Below are positions 27,025-41,878 of a stretch of 64,000 nt of DNA, piece after piece. Below the pieces are notes generated by a model. It saw only the letters and a list, made by a program, of their open reading frames with translations. It did no database searches and had not been told where the DNA came from. Positions within the stretch are counted from its first letter, which is position 1. The number at the start of each line of letters is the position of its first letter. The translations under genes and the position numbers were made by a program. Origin of the DNA: Octopus vulgaris (taxonomy: Eukaryota); the NCBI GenBank assembly GCA_951406725.2, contig OX597827.1, positions 9,176,001 to 9,240,000 on the forward strand. The letters run 5' to 3'.

Positions 27025-27379
27025 TTAGCATGAAAATCTCAGATGCGAATGTTCAACTCTTGACCTTTCCATAATAACATATCCCCTAAGGCTACCCTTT
27101 TCCTGTAATTTAAATTAGTGTCTCTTAACCAAATGATTTCCATATATATATATATATATATATATGCAGTCCATAGAAGTTACCAAATGAACAAGATGTA
27201 TTGCACAATTTGTCTTGAAAAATCTACACAAAGGTCATGCACTCACAGTCAAAGATTTTAGGGTGAATTGTAAGTCATTAGTGCAATGCATCTGTAAAAA
27301 TGAAAAAAAATTAAAATCTTCATAAAGTTTTTTTAAATATCAACAGGAAGTGGAGGGGTGGAATTTAAAATTTTTTATC

Positions 27380-27425
<46 letters not shown>

Positions 27426-27428
<3 letters not shown>

Positions 27429-27740
27429 GAGCACTCCGTCGGTTGTGACGACTAGGGTCCCAGCTGATACGATCAACGGAACAGCTTGCTCGTGAAATTA
27501 ACGTGCAAGTGGCTGAGCAGTCCACAAACACGTGTACCCTTAACGTAGTTCTCAGGGAGATTCAGCGTGACACAGAGTGTGACAAGGCTGGTCCCTTTGA
27601 AATACAGGTACTACTCATTTTTACCAGCTGAGTGGACTGGAGCAATGTGAAATAAAGTGTCTTGCTCAAGGACACAACACGCCACCGGGAATTGAACTCA
27701 CGACCTTACGATTGCGAGCCGAATGCCCCTAACCACTAAG

Positions 27741-27742
<2 letters not shown>
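27426..27742 (-). mobile_element. tRNA-derived SINE (head 2, tail Y) inside (TA)n
   Basis: A/B boxes tagcttagtggttag and gagttcaattccc; tail shared with 49127-49320. Confidence 0.85.
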
Positions 27743-27777
<35 letters not shown>

Positions 27778-28160
27778 TAATAATATTAGGAGTAAATCCA
27801 AACTTACAGGGAAAAATTAGATTTAGGATTAAATCTAATTTTATAGTATAAATATATATATATATATTATATTAAATTAGAGATAAAACCACTATTAGGC
27901 AAATCAAACAGTGAAAATCATAAGCCAATACATAGAAATAAAATTAATTAATAAAATATAGAAAAAATATAAAATATAAAATTCCAAATTAAAATATTTA
28001 AATTAAGTTAAGTTAAGATTTAAAAATTATTTTAATTTGGAATTTTATATTTTATATTTTTTCTATATTTTATTAATTAATTTTATTTCTATGTATTGGC
28101 TTATGATTTTCACTGTTAGATTTGCCTAATAGTGGTTTTATCTCTAATTTAATATAATAT
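27778..28160. mobile_element. AT-rich fold-back element related to 36776-37220, lacking the hammerhead
   Basis: Arms attagagataaaaccactattaggcaaatcaaac... and reverse complement; extension 27785-27850 matches 37140-37212 in reverse complement. Confidence 0.8.
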
Positions 28161-28591
28161 ATATATATATATGTATATATATATATTTGGCTGTGTGGTT
28201 AAGGAGTTTGCTTCCCAACCATATGGTTTCAGGTTCCCTCCCACAGTATGGGCACTTTGGGTAAATGTCTTCAACTACAGCCCTGTGCTAGTCAAAGCTT
28301 TATGGTTGGGGCTGGGTATACAGGAAATGAGAGAAACCATTTGTATATGTGTATATGTGCATGTATACATGTGTGTGCTTACATGTGTATGTGTATGTGT
28401 GTGTATGTATGTGTATATATGTGTGTGCATGTGTATATGTCTGTGTGTCCTTGTCCTGTGACACGACACAGCAGTTGTAAACAAGCAGCACCATAAACAA
28501 GCAGTGTCGTTTATATCTAATCTTCCATTGATACATGTCTGGCCATGGAGGGTGATAGGAAGGATATTTAGCCACAGAAAATCTGCCTACG

Positions 28592-28962
28592 AACCACATG
28601 GTTCCGGGTTCAGTCCCACTGCGTGGCACCTTGGGCAAGTGTCTTCTACTATAGCCTCGGGCCGACCAAAGCCTTGTGAGTGGATTTGGTAGATGGAAAC
28701 TGAAAGAAGCCCATCGTATGTTTGTATATATATATATATGTGTGTGTTTGTTTGTGTGTCTGTGTTTGTCCCCTAGCATTGATTGACAACTGATGCTGGT
28801 GTGTTTACGTCCCCGTCACTTAACGGTTCGGCAAAAGAGACTGATAGAATAAGTCCTGGGCTTACAAAGAATAAGTCCCGGGGTCGATTTGCTCGACTAA
28901 AAGGCGGTGCTCCAGCATGGCCGCAGTCAAATGACTGAAACAAGTAAAAGAGTAAAAGAGTA
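28592..28962 (+). mobile_element. SINE family A, 5'-truncated
   Basis: Matches the family from aaccacatggttccggg to the tail. Confidence 0.9.
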
Positions 28963-29203
28963 AACCCATTCAAACATGGGTTAGAAAAAAGAAAGAAAAC
29001 TCTTGAATCTCATGACTGACTGGTCTGTCTACTGGAAAAGTGACCAAGTTACAGAACTGCAACAAAGTATTTTAGGACTTTCTACTGCCCAATGCCATTC
29101 AATGCATTTCTTGATTTTTAAATGACTTGATTTTTAAATGACTAACATACTTGCTTGATTTTTAAATGACTAACATACTGACTCATCCATGATATAATTA
29201 TTT

Positions 29204-29652
<449 letters not shown>

Positions 29653-29791
29653 TCACAATAAGGGTGAAAAAAATTGAATATTAATTAATAACATCAACTT
29701 AAAACACCAAGTGGCCTAGCATATAAAAACTGGGATACAGTAAAAATTATTAATACAAGTAATGAGAGAGAGTCCACTCTCTCTCATTACT

Positions 29792-29835
<44 letters not shown>

Positions 29836-29899
29836 TACATATACACGTGCATATGCAGAAATGTGCACATGTGAATACACACATACACTCAACCTTTAC

Positions 29900-30330
29900 T
29901 TCCCGTATTTTTGTCAGTCTTTCTTGTGCATATTGTGCTCAAATGACTTCTTCAGCGTGCATTCATTGTTCAACTATATTATATGGCATTACTTAGTGTA
30001 GTCTTCTCATCTACTTACACCCAGTCAGAGCTCTATGTCTTTCCATTGACAGTTCAAATATTCTCCATTACTCAATAACATCCAACTGCTTATTCTTGTC
30101 CACCTCTCCAATACATCGTCCATGTTGAATGCTTATATCTTACAATCTAACAATAACATAATCCTGTGGCATGCATCATACAATATGCTCTTTTGCATTG
30201 ACAGAGGAACCCTTCTCTTCATTAACATATCTTTGAATATTTCCACCCTTGAGTTTACGCATCATTTCTTGCAACATGGTCTTAATCTCCATACACCACA
30301 AGTTACACATTCTGATATTTCCAGATAACA
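29900..30330 (-). pseudogene. Very degraded LINE (RTE-like) fragment
   Basis: Minus-strand remnants ...ILYDAC... resemble the RTE thumb region; weak. Confidence 0.4.
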
Positions 30331-30798
30331 GGAGACAAATCCCCCAGCTATAATGACAATATTATGATCGATTCCCCTGGTAATTTGTGCAATGAACTCA
30401 TATGACCAATCCTTTTGCTCATTTAATCCCAACTAAAACAAGACTAGTGTTACACAAAAAGTATAAACATTGGATGAGCCAAGAGAAAATTTGAACAAAT
30501 CATTGTCAAAGTCTGTGCAATGCATGTAATATCTCAACTTTACAATATGAATGGAAAAAAGAAAACTCAAATCCCAAATGAATGGAGGTGATGCTATACA
30601 AAAATAAAAGGATAAAATCCCGAAAATTCTACAATTAGATGCAGGCATGGCTATTTGGTAAGAAGGCTGCTTCCTAACCACATGGTTCCAGGTTCAGTTT
30701 CACTGCTTGTCACATTGGGTAAGTGTCTTCTACTATAGACTTGGGCCAACCAAAACTTTGCGAGTGGATTTGGTAGAGAGAAACTGAAAGAGGTCCAT

Positions 30799-31121
<323 letters not shown>

Positions 31122-31333
31122 GTAACGCCCATTTTGCATTTAATAACTTTTTTAGTACATAAATGTTTATTAAGTAATATTTTTATTGAACACAAATTTA
31201 TTGCATTACTTGAAGAAATTAATAATAAACTAATGATAAAAATTGGAGAAGTTTTAGGAAAATAAAACAAAACTCAATCAGAAACTAGAAAACTCAAATA
31301 CAAAAGAGTTACTTCAGCTGCACCCTACATGTA

Positions 31334-31752
31334 TACTCTTTTACTCTTTTACATGTTTCAGTCATTTGACTGCGGCCATGCTGGAGCACCGCCTTTAGTT
31401 GAGCAAATCGACCCCAGGACTTATTCTTTGTAAGCCCAGTACTTATTCTATCGGTCTCTTTTGCCGAACCGCTAAGTAACGGGGACATAAACACACCAGC
31501 ATCGGTTGTCAAGCAATGCTACGGGGACAAACACAGACACACAAATATACACACGCACACACACATATATATATATATATACATATATACGACGGGCTTC
31601 TTTTAGTTTCCGTCTACCAAATCCACTCACAAGGCTTTGGTTGGCCCGAGGCTATAGTAGAAGACACTTGCCCAAGGTGCCACGCAGTGGGACTGAACCC
31701 AAAACCATGTGGTTGGTAAGCAAGCTACTTACCACACAGCCACTCCTGCACC
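31334..31752 (-). mobile_element. SINE family A
   Basis: Full-length copy. Confidence 0.92.
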
Positions 31753-31778
31753 TGTATTTATATATATAGATACATACA

Positions 31779-31827
<49 letters not shown>

Positions 31828-32751
31828 GTGTGTGTTTGTCCTCCATCATTGCTTGACAACTGGTGAATTTATGTTAAGTAATGTTTGTTTTAGAATAATT
31901 CTACATTGGGAGTTGATGAAATCAAATCTGAAATGCTTTATAGATGAAAACTAAAGGAAAAAAATCCCAAACTATTGAATTTTTACATAAGTGTGTGCAT
32001 GGCTATGTGGTTAAGAATCATTATTTTCCATCACGTGACTTTGGGTTCCAATCCACTGTATAGAACCTTGGGCAAGTATCCTCTACAATAACTCTGGGTT
32101 GGTCCATGGTATGTGAGTGAATTTGGTATATGGAAACAGTGTGGAAGCTCAATAAATGTGCATATATATGTGTGTACGTATGTGTGTGTACGTGTGTGTG
32201 TGTGTGTGTGTACGTGTGTGTGTGTGTATGTGTGTGTGTATGTGTGTGTGTGTACGTGTGCGTGTGTATGTGTGCATATGTGTGTGTGTATGTGTGTGTG
32301 TATGTGCATATGTGTGTGCGCATGTGTGTGTGTGTGTGCATATGTGTGTCTTTGTGTCTGTGTTTGCCTCCCACCCAACTGCTTCGCAGACAGTGCACGT
32401 TTGTTTAAGCCCCCCATAACCTGGTGGTTTGAAACCACCTTGAAGGGTTTGATTGAACAAATCCAATCAGAACTAATTTTTTTAATGTTCGGTGCTTATT
32501 CCATCAATCCCTTTTGCCAAACCACTAAGTTACAAGGACCAACCTTTTTCATGGTTATTCCACATTTCTTCTGATTTTCTGACTGAACGGCAATTTTGTT
32601 TTTAAAAATGATATATAATGCATAAACAGGGCCTCAAAGATTGTTTCAAGATACATGGGGCACTTTTTATAAATATATCTGTTCAAGTATCAAAATAGCA
32701 TGAAACTATTAATAGCTCTCTCGGTTGTGTATTTAATTTCACCTCCCCACT

Positions 32752-33069
32752 CACACACATGTACACAAACACACGCATGCACACACACATGTACACACAC
32801 ATGCACACACACATGCACACACACATGCACACACACATGCACACACATGCATACATGCACACACACACATGCACACACACACATGCACACACACATATGC
32901 ACACACACACATGCACACACACATGCACACAAACACATGCACGCACACACATGCACACACACATGCACACACAAACATGCACACACACATGCACACACAC
33001 GCACATGCACACACACGCACATGCACACACACACATGCACACATGCACACACACATACATATATATATA
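32752..33069. repeat. (CACACATG)-type micro/minisatellite
   Basis: Repeated catgcacacaca units. Confidence 0.93.
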
Positions 33070-33280
33070 GTTAATCCAAACATGAAAACACAAAGAGAAA
33101 ACACAACACGAGGACGTGGAACAAATATAGTATTATTGGACGCTCAAGAAGGAAGGAAGGGAAGAAGGAGGGTTTAACGTTTCGAGCGGAGCTCTTCGTC
33201 AGAAACATAGGAGAAGAAAAGATCCAGAGAAGCGAAGACAGAGGAAAAAAAATCGCCAACGGTACACACGAGGTCACATA
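33070..33280 (-). mobile_element. Short Penelope-terminal-like element carrying a hammerhead
   Basis: About 210 bp of complex sequence abutting a TA run and containing the motif at 33172-33206. Confidence 0.65.
33172..33206 (-). ncRNA. Minimal type-I hammerhead ribozyme motif
   Basis: Minus strand: gttt-CTGACGA-a-gagc tcc gctc-GAAAC-GTT-aaac; palindromic AACGTT in place of stem III. Confidence 0.8.
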
Positions 33281-33637
33281 CATTTGTGTTTTGCATGGTT
33301 CCTACCACTAGAAATTTTCTAATGCTAACCATGTTACAGAGTGCCAGTGCCATTATGTGGCACCAACACAGGAATTTTATGTGTGGCACCAGTATGGGTT
33401 CTTCTTTACGTGGCACCAGCACAGGTCCTTTATATGCGGAACCAGCATCGATGCTTTTTACATGGCAAGATATGTATATGATAGGATTCCACACAATGTC
33501 TGTCTACCGAATTCACTCAGAAGGCATCCATAAATCAGAGAATATAATAGAAGTCTCTTGCCAATGGTGCCATGTAGCAGGACTGAACTTGAAACCATGT
33601 GGTTGCAAAACAATCTTTGAAACAACGCAGCCATGCT

Positions 33638-34051
33638 TACTCTTTACTCTTTTACTTGTTTCAGTCATTTGCCTGTGGCCATGCTGGAGCACCGCCTTTA
33701 ATCAAGCAAATCGACCCCGGGACTTATCCTTTGTAAGCCCAGTACTTATTCTATCGGTCTCTGTTGCCGAACTGCTAAGTGACGGGGATGTAAACACACC
33801 AGCATCGGTTGTCAAGCAATGCTAGGGAGACAAACACAGACACACAAACATACACGCACATACATACATATATATATATACATATATACAATGGGCTTCT
33901 TTCAGTTTCCGTCTACCAAATCCACTCACAAGGCATTGGTCAGCCCGGGGCTATAGCAGAAGACACTTGCCCAAGATGCCACGCGGTGGGACTGAACCCG
34001 GAACCATGTGGTTGGTTAGCAAGCTACTTACCACACAGCCACTCCTGCGCC
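33638..34051 (-). mobile_element. SINE family A
   Basis: Full-length copy. Confidence 0.92.
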
Positions 34052-34751
34052 TATGCTTGTGAATTTTTAAAAAAAGAAAAAAATCTGGGTACTGTTCCAA
34101 ACACAAACCACAGACCGGATGCATTTTTTCAGGCTCCTAGCACTGGACAAGCATCAAATTTTCACCCAACCCTACATTCTCTTTAATATACTTCATATTA
34201 CCATTTTAGCAACTATTGTGCAGTCTATGAAACCTTTATTTTGACAAACACTTCCTACTTTTAAATTATCTATGCTAGCAACTTTGTCAATAAACTATTA
34301 ATTTAATTCATGTTTCATTTTTATTTTTATTTTTAGTGATGGGTAAACAAGGATTAAGTAGTTGATAAGTGTTTACATATTTTAAGTAGAAAGTTTTTTA
34401 TGAAGATATACAAAGCTAATGTATGAATCAATAAAAATCTAGTGCCTGTTGGGAATCAAAGCCACATCCTCTTTGTTGAAAACTCAGTGTAATTACCACT
34501 ATAGCTTAAGCCTTCTGATGATATCAGTTCCCCTGTTTATGCTTTAATACAGATATTTAGTCTGTAATTATTTGAATCCCTGGATAAATGTATTTATGAA
34601 TGCAATTGTTTGTTTTCATTCTGTCTTTCAGTTTCACCATTCTGTAAACTCAGTTGCAGATCTTTCCCTCATTATTCTGACATTAAAGTATCTTTGACTA
34701 ATTCATTTAGGATTAGCAGAAATATTAATGATACATGTGTGCGTTAGATAC

Positions 34752-34794
34752 AAAATATATATATATATATATACACACACATATATACATACAT

Positions 34795-34848
<54 letters not shown>

Positions 34849-34868
34849 GTATATATGTATGTATATAC

Positions 34869-34902
<34 letters not shown>

Positions 34903-35159
34903 ATACATGTGTATATATATATATATATATATTCAGACACATATATATATATTTACACACACATGCACATATATAAACACACATTTGTGAATGGGTGTAC
35001 ATATATACATTTACTTAGTGTGTGATTGCAAAATGGAATTTTAGATATACCATGCTACATGTATCTATACACACACACACACAGCATAAATGTACATACA
35101 TATCTATCTATCTAAAATATATATATATATATATATATATACATATTTATATATATATA

Positions 35160-35212
<53 letters not shown>

Positions 35213-35260
35213 TTATATATATGTATGTGTGTAATTATATATATGTGTGCGTGTGTATAT
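34752..35260. repeat. TA/TATG/CA microsatellite field
   Basis: Visible. Confidence 0.9.
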
Positions 35261-36049
35261 ATTATTTATGTATAAGTATCTATTTATGTATGCATGCTTG
35301 TGTGTTTGTAGCTAGTATTGTATGTTTCATTTATAAAGCAAAGGGACCAGATATCTTCAAGATCAAAACAATATTATTACAATTTCACACTAGATATTCT
35401 GCAAGAAGGAAAACAATGTATTTGATGTTTTATTAATTAACAGAATATCAGCCAGTCTGTGTACAGCTCAAAGATAATGCATTGCTGCTGGTAGGAATTA
35501 GAAATCTGAAATGATGGTTTAAAGGTGGTTGATTATAAAATACAGCAAAAGAACATATCGGATATCACAATGGATTTGCAAGAATGGTAAATACTTAATA
35601 AGGAAATTATATAACACCAATGTAAAATTAATGCTTCTATGATTGTGTATTTATTTTCAGTCTGTTTCACCGCTACCACCACCACCACCACCATTTTAAC
35701 ATCTACATTTCCGAGCTTGCATGGGTTAGATGGCATATTTTGTGGCAGATTCTCCATGGCTGGATGATGCTCTTCTGTCAACAACCCTCACCTGTATCGA
35801 AGCAAAGTAATATTTTCCCTATAGCTTGACATATTTTTCTTGGAAGATTGGAAATGAATAACATTACTCATATGATGATGATGATGCTCATTCACAACCT
35901 TCATACAATGTATAGAAAAATACACACACACACACACACATACACACAAACTGACAAGGCATTTGTTGGCCTGGTATTGTAAGAGAAATCACTTGTCCAG
36001 GGTACTGTGCTGTGCTGTGCGATTGAATATATATATTTTGGGAAGCAAG

Positions 36050-36183
36050 CTGCACCTATTTCAGTCCCATGGTATGGCACATTGGGCAAGTGTCTTCTAC
36101 TATAGCCTTGGGCTGACCACAACCTTGGGCTGACCACAGACTTGTGAGTAGATTCACTTGACAGAAACTGGAAGAAGCATGTC

Positions 36184-36215
<32 letters not shown>

Positions 36216-36424
36216 TGCTGTGTCTATGTTTGTCCCTCCATCAGCTTGACAACTAGAGTTGGTATGTTTGTCCCTGTAACTTAGGGATTTGGGATGGATA
36301 GAATAAATACCAGGCTTAAAAATTAATGAGTCCTGAGGTTGATTTGTTTGACTAAAACTCCTCAAGGTGGTGCACCAGCATGACCACAGTCAAATGACTG
36401 CAACAAATAAAATAATAAAAGAAT
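36050..36424 (+). mobile_element. Older, diverged SINE family A copy
   Basis: ttcagtccc...gggcaagtgtcttctactatagcc...cagtcaaatgactg tail. Confidence 0.75.
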
Positions 36425-36502
36425 ATCAAAGAATACTCTACATTTGCATTAAGTCTTGTAATTTATCACTTCGTGAATCAAAATATATATTTGCATTCTA
36501 GC

Positions 36503-36549
36503 AAAACTGTCAGATGAACGGCAATGAGAAACTCAGAGTAACAGATTTT
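36503..36549 (+). ncRNA. Degenerate hammerhead-like motif in a short element ending at (TA)n
   Basis: aaaactgt-CAGATGA-acggcaatga-GAAA-ctc a gag-TA-acagatttt; stems I/III and GUA present, core position 4 is A, stem II broken. Confidence 0.5.
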
Positions 36550-36646
36550 GTTGAATTTTCTGCTGCTTTAAATAAAGCATATTACTCTACCACTGGTATT
36601 TGAGTACTCTTTTTTCCACCTTGTTTCACATTTATGTGTTTACTCC

Positions 36647-36789
<143 letters not shown>

Positions 36790-36882
36790 TTAGAGACAAA
36801 ACCACTATTATGCAAATCAAACAAAGAAAGACTTAATCCAATACATAAACAATTTTATATAAATTAAATAAAATTAAGTTAT

Positions 36883-36928
36883 CCACTACAATTGTTTCTT
36901 GTCACTTCTAAGGACATTCATCAGGTGG
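36883..36928 (-). ncRNA. Hammerhead ribozyme motif (left arm)
   Basis: Exact reverse complement of 36989-37034. Confidence 0.75.
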
Positions 36929-36988
36929 TTTTCAGACCTTCTATTCAATTTTAAATTATAATTTAAAATTGAATAGAAGGTCTGAAAA

Positions 36989-37034
36989 CCACCTGATGAA
37001 TGTCCTTAGAAGTGACAAGAAACAATTGTAGTGG
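36989..37034 (+). ncRNA. Hammerhead ribozyme motif (right arm)
   Basis: ccac-CTGATGA-a tgtc cttagaagt gaca a-GAAAC-aatt-GTA-gtgg; palindromic ACAATTGT stem III, GUA triplet. Confidence 0.75.
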
Positions 37035-37216
37035 ATAACTTAATTTTATTTAATTTATATAAAATTTTTATGTATTGGATTAAGTCTTTCTTTGTTTGAT
37101 TTGCATAATAGTGGTTTTATCTCTAATTAATATTATATAATATTTTACTATAAAATTGGATTCAATCCTAAGTCTGATTTTTCCCTGTAAATTTGGATTT
37201 ATTCCCTAATATTTAT

Positions 37217-37283
<67 letters not shown>

Positions 37284-37970
37284 TGTATGTATGTATGTAT
37301 ATGTGTGTGTGTGTGTGCATCATATTTAGTGCTGTATACTCACATTTTCACTTTCTATGTGTAATTATTTATTTTTCCTGTTCTTTTTCCCCCTTAATTG
37401 AAATCACCCCAAGCAAGACACTTTGACCAATTCTAGGCAAAGGGTTAAAGAAAATGAGGAAGTGATATTAAAACTACAAGAATTCTTCATATACTTACAC
37501 AATTAAGGGAGCAAATAGAAGACAATGGTAAAAATAATTGATAAATGGTTTAAACGAAATACAAGAGAGCAAATAAAGAACAAAAGGCAATGAAATATGG
37601 TAAATGAGATGATAATACAAAAGCTCATAAAATGAAATAGAATGGGACAGTAATAAAAGAACTAATGAAGATGTTTAAATGTAGAAAACCACCAGCGTTA
37701 AGCAAGATGGTCATTACTCTTAAATTAAAGAGATCAAATTCATATTTTGGAGGAAAATAATGGTAAGATAATTTATTGCAAACTTAAACTGTTCCTCCAC
37801 AATATCTAAAAATGTGACATGACAGTCATGACTGGAATGGATTTGATCGAAGCTTAACCTAAGGCTAAACAACCTGAAACTTTCTGTTCATTATCTAAAG
37901 ATTTATATTGATGATGATGTTATGTTGTTGTTTTTTTGTCACATTTGAACACACGTTTATATGAATGGAA

Positions 37971-38204
37971 GGTGAGGGCGAGCTGGCAGACACGTTAGCG
38001 CACCGGGCGATATGCTTAGCGGTATTTCGTCTGTCGATACGTTCTGAGTTCAAATTCCGCTGAGGTCGACTTTGCTTTTCATCCTTTCGAGGTCGATAAA
38101 TAAAGTATCAGTTTCGCACTGGGGTCGATGTAATCGACTTAATCCCTTTGTTTGTCCTTGTTTGCCCCCTCTATGTTTAGCCCGTTGTGGGCAATAAAGA
38201 AATA
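37971..38204 (+). mobile_element. SINE family B monomer
   Basis: 13-bp TSD tatatgaatggaa at 37958-37970 and 38205-38217. Confidence 0.9.
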
Positions 38205-38387
38205 TATATGAATGGAAATAATATAGTCAATTGAAGATAAAGTCAATTGAAAATACTGCGTATATGTATGTGTGTGTTTATATATATATGTATACACCTC
38301 TGCACACAAATATACATACCTAAATATGTATATATATCAAATATTCCACACACACACATGCACACATAATGTATATGAATATATGTA

Positions 38388-38784
38388 GGCGCAGGAGTGG
38401 CTGTGTGGTAAGTAACTTGCTTACCAACCTCATGGTTCCAGGTTCAGTCCCACTGCGTGGCACCTTGGGCAAGTATATTCTTTTATAGCCTCAGGCCGAC
38501 CAAAGCCTTGTGAGTGGATTTGGTAGATGGAAACTGAAAGAAGCCCGTCGTATATATGTATATATATATATGCGTGTGTCTGTGTTTGTCCCCCTAGCAT
38601 TGCTTTACAACCGATGCTGGTGTGTTTATGTCCCCGTCACATAGTGGTTCGGCAAAAGAGACCGATAGAATAAGAACTGGGCTTACAAAAGAATAAGTCC
38701 CGGGGTTGAGTTGCTCGATTAAAGGCGGTGCTCCAGCATGGCCGCAGTCAAATGACTGAAACAAGTAAAAGAGTAAAGAGAGTA
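38388..38784 (+). mobile_element. SINE family A
   Basis: Full-length copy. Confidence 0.92.
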
Positions 38785-38828
38785 TACTTGTACATATATC
38801 TCTGTATATTTTATATACATTGCATATA

Positions 38829-39530
38829 TATCAGGTCATTAAGAATGAAAAGTCCAATTTCCTTCTGCACCAGGTTTGGCAGTCGTTAACTCTAATGTTT
38901 TATTCTGACAATTCTTTGCCTTACAACATTAAAGTTTTACATCATCACTTTTTGAAATGCAATTCATGGTGTCTGATTATATTGTGAGTTTTCTCTTGTA
39001 AATCAATTTATTGTGAACCCATGGATAGATCAAAAATTCGTATTGTTTATGAATATGAGTTCCATTGTGGAACCAATGTAACCCAGACAGCTCAAAACAT
39101 CAGTGAGGTGTTTGGTGAAGATGTTACAAATGTGCTCACTGTACACCGATGGTTAAAGACGTTCTGGTCTGGTGACTTTATTCTTGAAAATCAGTCCCAT
39201 GTTAGACCTGGAACCAAGGTGGATAATGATGAGCTGGAAACTGTAGTGGAAGCGGATACACCTCAAACTACGTGTGAGTTATCAGCAAGGTTTGATGTTT
39301 CTATTCCAACAGTACTGAACCATCTGAAACAAATTGGCAAAGTAAAGAAACTGGACAAGTGGGTGCCACAAGAACTGAATGAGCATCGAATGACACATCA
39401 TCTTGAAACTTGCTGTTCTTTGCTGTCATGGTACAATAACAAACCATATTGTTACATGTGATGAAAACTGGATACTTTCAACAATAGCAAATGTTCTGCA
39501 TGGTCGTTGGATGGAGCTGAAGTGCCAAAA
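38829..39530 (+). pseudogene. Mariner transposase remnant (Hsmar1/cecropia-like), truncated after the first catalytic Asp
   Basis: ORF 39021-39461 with HTH domains and KWVPQEL (WVPHEL motif); frameshifted IVTCDENW (IVTGDEKW motif). Confidence 0.9.
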
Positions 39531-39599
39531 CTGCAACACATGTGTGTATGTATATACGATTCAGTTCCATCCCAAGAACAGCTGAATCATGTAATAACT

Positions 39600-40440
39600 G
39601 ATTTGTAAAGCGGCAGCATTTCCATAAAATATCCAGCAACCATAAATGGGAATCACTAAATTAAGTGAACTGAGTTCTGATGGAAAATTTCCAGACTGAA
39701 GGGACCAAAGTGTTGCCCTAATCTGGACACTTCCTGTAGAAGTAAGGACAGAAAGGAAACAGGTATGCAGCATTGTATCATTAGTAGAGCAGTCGGAGTC
39801 ATAAAAAATGTACAATATTATTTAACTATGCATTCAATTCTGCACTCTGTCAAGAGTGGACAGTGCCTTTTTGAAGGAACCTGCCCAAATGTATGAGCGG
39901 TTGTCCATTTTTAAGTAGAGGTGACTCCTGTAGAGATACAGTAGATCCTCAAGTTTTTTTTTTACATTATCTATTTAGGTTACTAAAAATATTTGCTATG
40001 TCCAAAGTGCAGAATGTTCTTAGAGGTGAAATTTCAAAATGATGTATCATCATAAAATATGTGAAGGATCTTTGCATTATGTCGAGTAAGCTATTGCTAA
40101 CCAGCAGGAAGGCTGTAGACTCCAGGACATATCCCTGGGGGTACACCAACATTGATTTCATAGCAAAGTAAAGGCTATGCTTAGGACCTTTCCAGTGCCC
40201 TGAAGGTTATTGAATAGAAAGAAGGAAGTTTTCTTTGGACTGAAGACATGTTCTGATGGCTAGTGTATAAGTGAACTCTGCTTAAATAACCAAGTGCCTG
40301 GTGGTTGTGTTAAACTGTTAAATGGGTCTTTTGGCAGACATCAACACAGTTTCTTTTTAGCAAGTTTATCTTCTGTCATAGTCTTGGTTTAACCAAAGTT
40401 ATGATTCAAGTTCAAGGTACTGCAGGTTGTGAGTGAATCT
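39600..40440 (-). pseudogene. Old degraded Jockey/CR1-group LINE RT
   Basis: PQGYVLESTAFLLVSNSLL resembles PQGSVLSPTLFLLFINDLL; boundaries uncertain. Confidence 0.55.
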
Positions 40441-40859
40441 TTCACCATGTAATTGGGAGTGCAATGCTATCAACTAATAGTAATTATCTTTCCCTTCTTT
40501 ATCTTTTAAGTTAAAAAAATGCTGGTATCACCTTTACCTGTGTGACCATCAAGGTTAAATTAAATAACACATGTTATTGGAGCAATACCCTGTAATTTAA
40601 CATTAAAATAGGTAAAGGTTTGCAAGTATAAAAGCAAAAATACTGAAAAGTAGTTGAATAAATTTTCCATGTAAATAACTCACAAAATAAATGAGTGCAG
40701 AGGATTACAAATGCTTAAATATGACAGAGGTAGCTAGAATAACGGAAAATCACATGAAGACGTTTGAAATTAAAGCTTAGATTTAAGCTTTTCTAAGGAA
40801 AAAAAATACCTAACCATTAATACATATCTGTTTAAGAGGTGTATTGTTGAAGAATCCTA

Positions 40860-41440
40860 AAGTGAAATAAAGAAGAGCTGCTTAATTTAGATAGGAAGAA
40901 CTTGTGTATAATACTAGATCCCTGAAGTATAGTTAATAGGATTTATATATCTTGTATAAAAGAGGGGATTAATTGATTGTGAAGAATAAGGAAAATAGTG
41001 TAATGTAATGTGATAGAAATAGTGTCGAACTTATTTTGGAATGGGTAAAGAAAGTGAGAATACTTAAGATTGAAGGATAACACCTGAATAATTCAAGGAA
41101 AATACCTTGAAAATATAGAGAGAGCTTGGACGTGAAAGAAAATATGAGCTGTGTTTTAGAGAGATTATATGAATGTATTAGCATGGTTCAGTGATGCTTA
41201 TGGGTAAAATAATATATAATAAAAAAATAAAAATCAAGCATAGAACCTTCGATGGAAACACTGATCACTGTAGCATAGGAGCAGGTCCAGAGAACAAATT
41301 ACATCAAGGTTCATATAGATAAGACCACTGAATCATTATTATATAGAAAAGCGTGGCAAAATGGGTGGAAATGGAATGTATTTGATACGTGTATGCAATA
41401 AATTGGCTCAGAAGAAACATATTAGAAGACATAATAACGA
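40860..41440 (+). pseudogene. Degraded R4/Dong-like fragment (zinc-knuckle region)
   Basis: ETLITVA*EQVQRTNYIKVHIDKT...CNKLAQKKHIRRHN parallels the AAQDQALRTN...C.KLAQ.EY.RRH motif; abuts (TAA)n. Confidence 0.65.
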
Positions 41441-41462
41441 TAATAATAATAATAATAATATC

Positions 41463-41539
<77 letters not shown>

Positions 41540-41555
41540 AATAATAATAATAATG

Positions 41556-41604
<49 letters not shown>

Positions 41605-41624
41605 TAATAGTAATAATAATAATG

Positions 41625-41667
<43 letters not shown>

Positions 41668-41669
41668 TA

Positions 41670-41724
<55 letters not shown>

Positions 41725-41742
41725 TGATGATGATGATGATAA
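41440..41742. repeat. (TAA)n/(TGA)n microsatellite
   Basis: Visible. Confidence 0.95.
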
Positions 41743-41843
41743 GAAGAAGACAGTACAAACTGTTCTCTTGAAATAGTGAGAAAAGTATATCACAGCAAGA
41801 GCAAGACATAGCATTATAGACAAAAATAATAAAAAAACTATTG

Positions 41844-41878
<35 letters not shown>

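Noticed and set aside
39021-39461. Possible domesticated SETMAR-like gene
   Set aside because: Frameshift before the DD34D domain and truncation indicate a dead mariner copy
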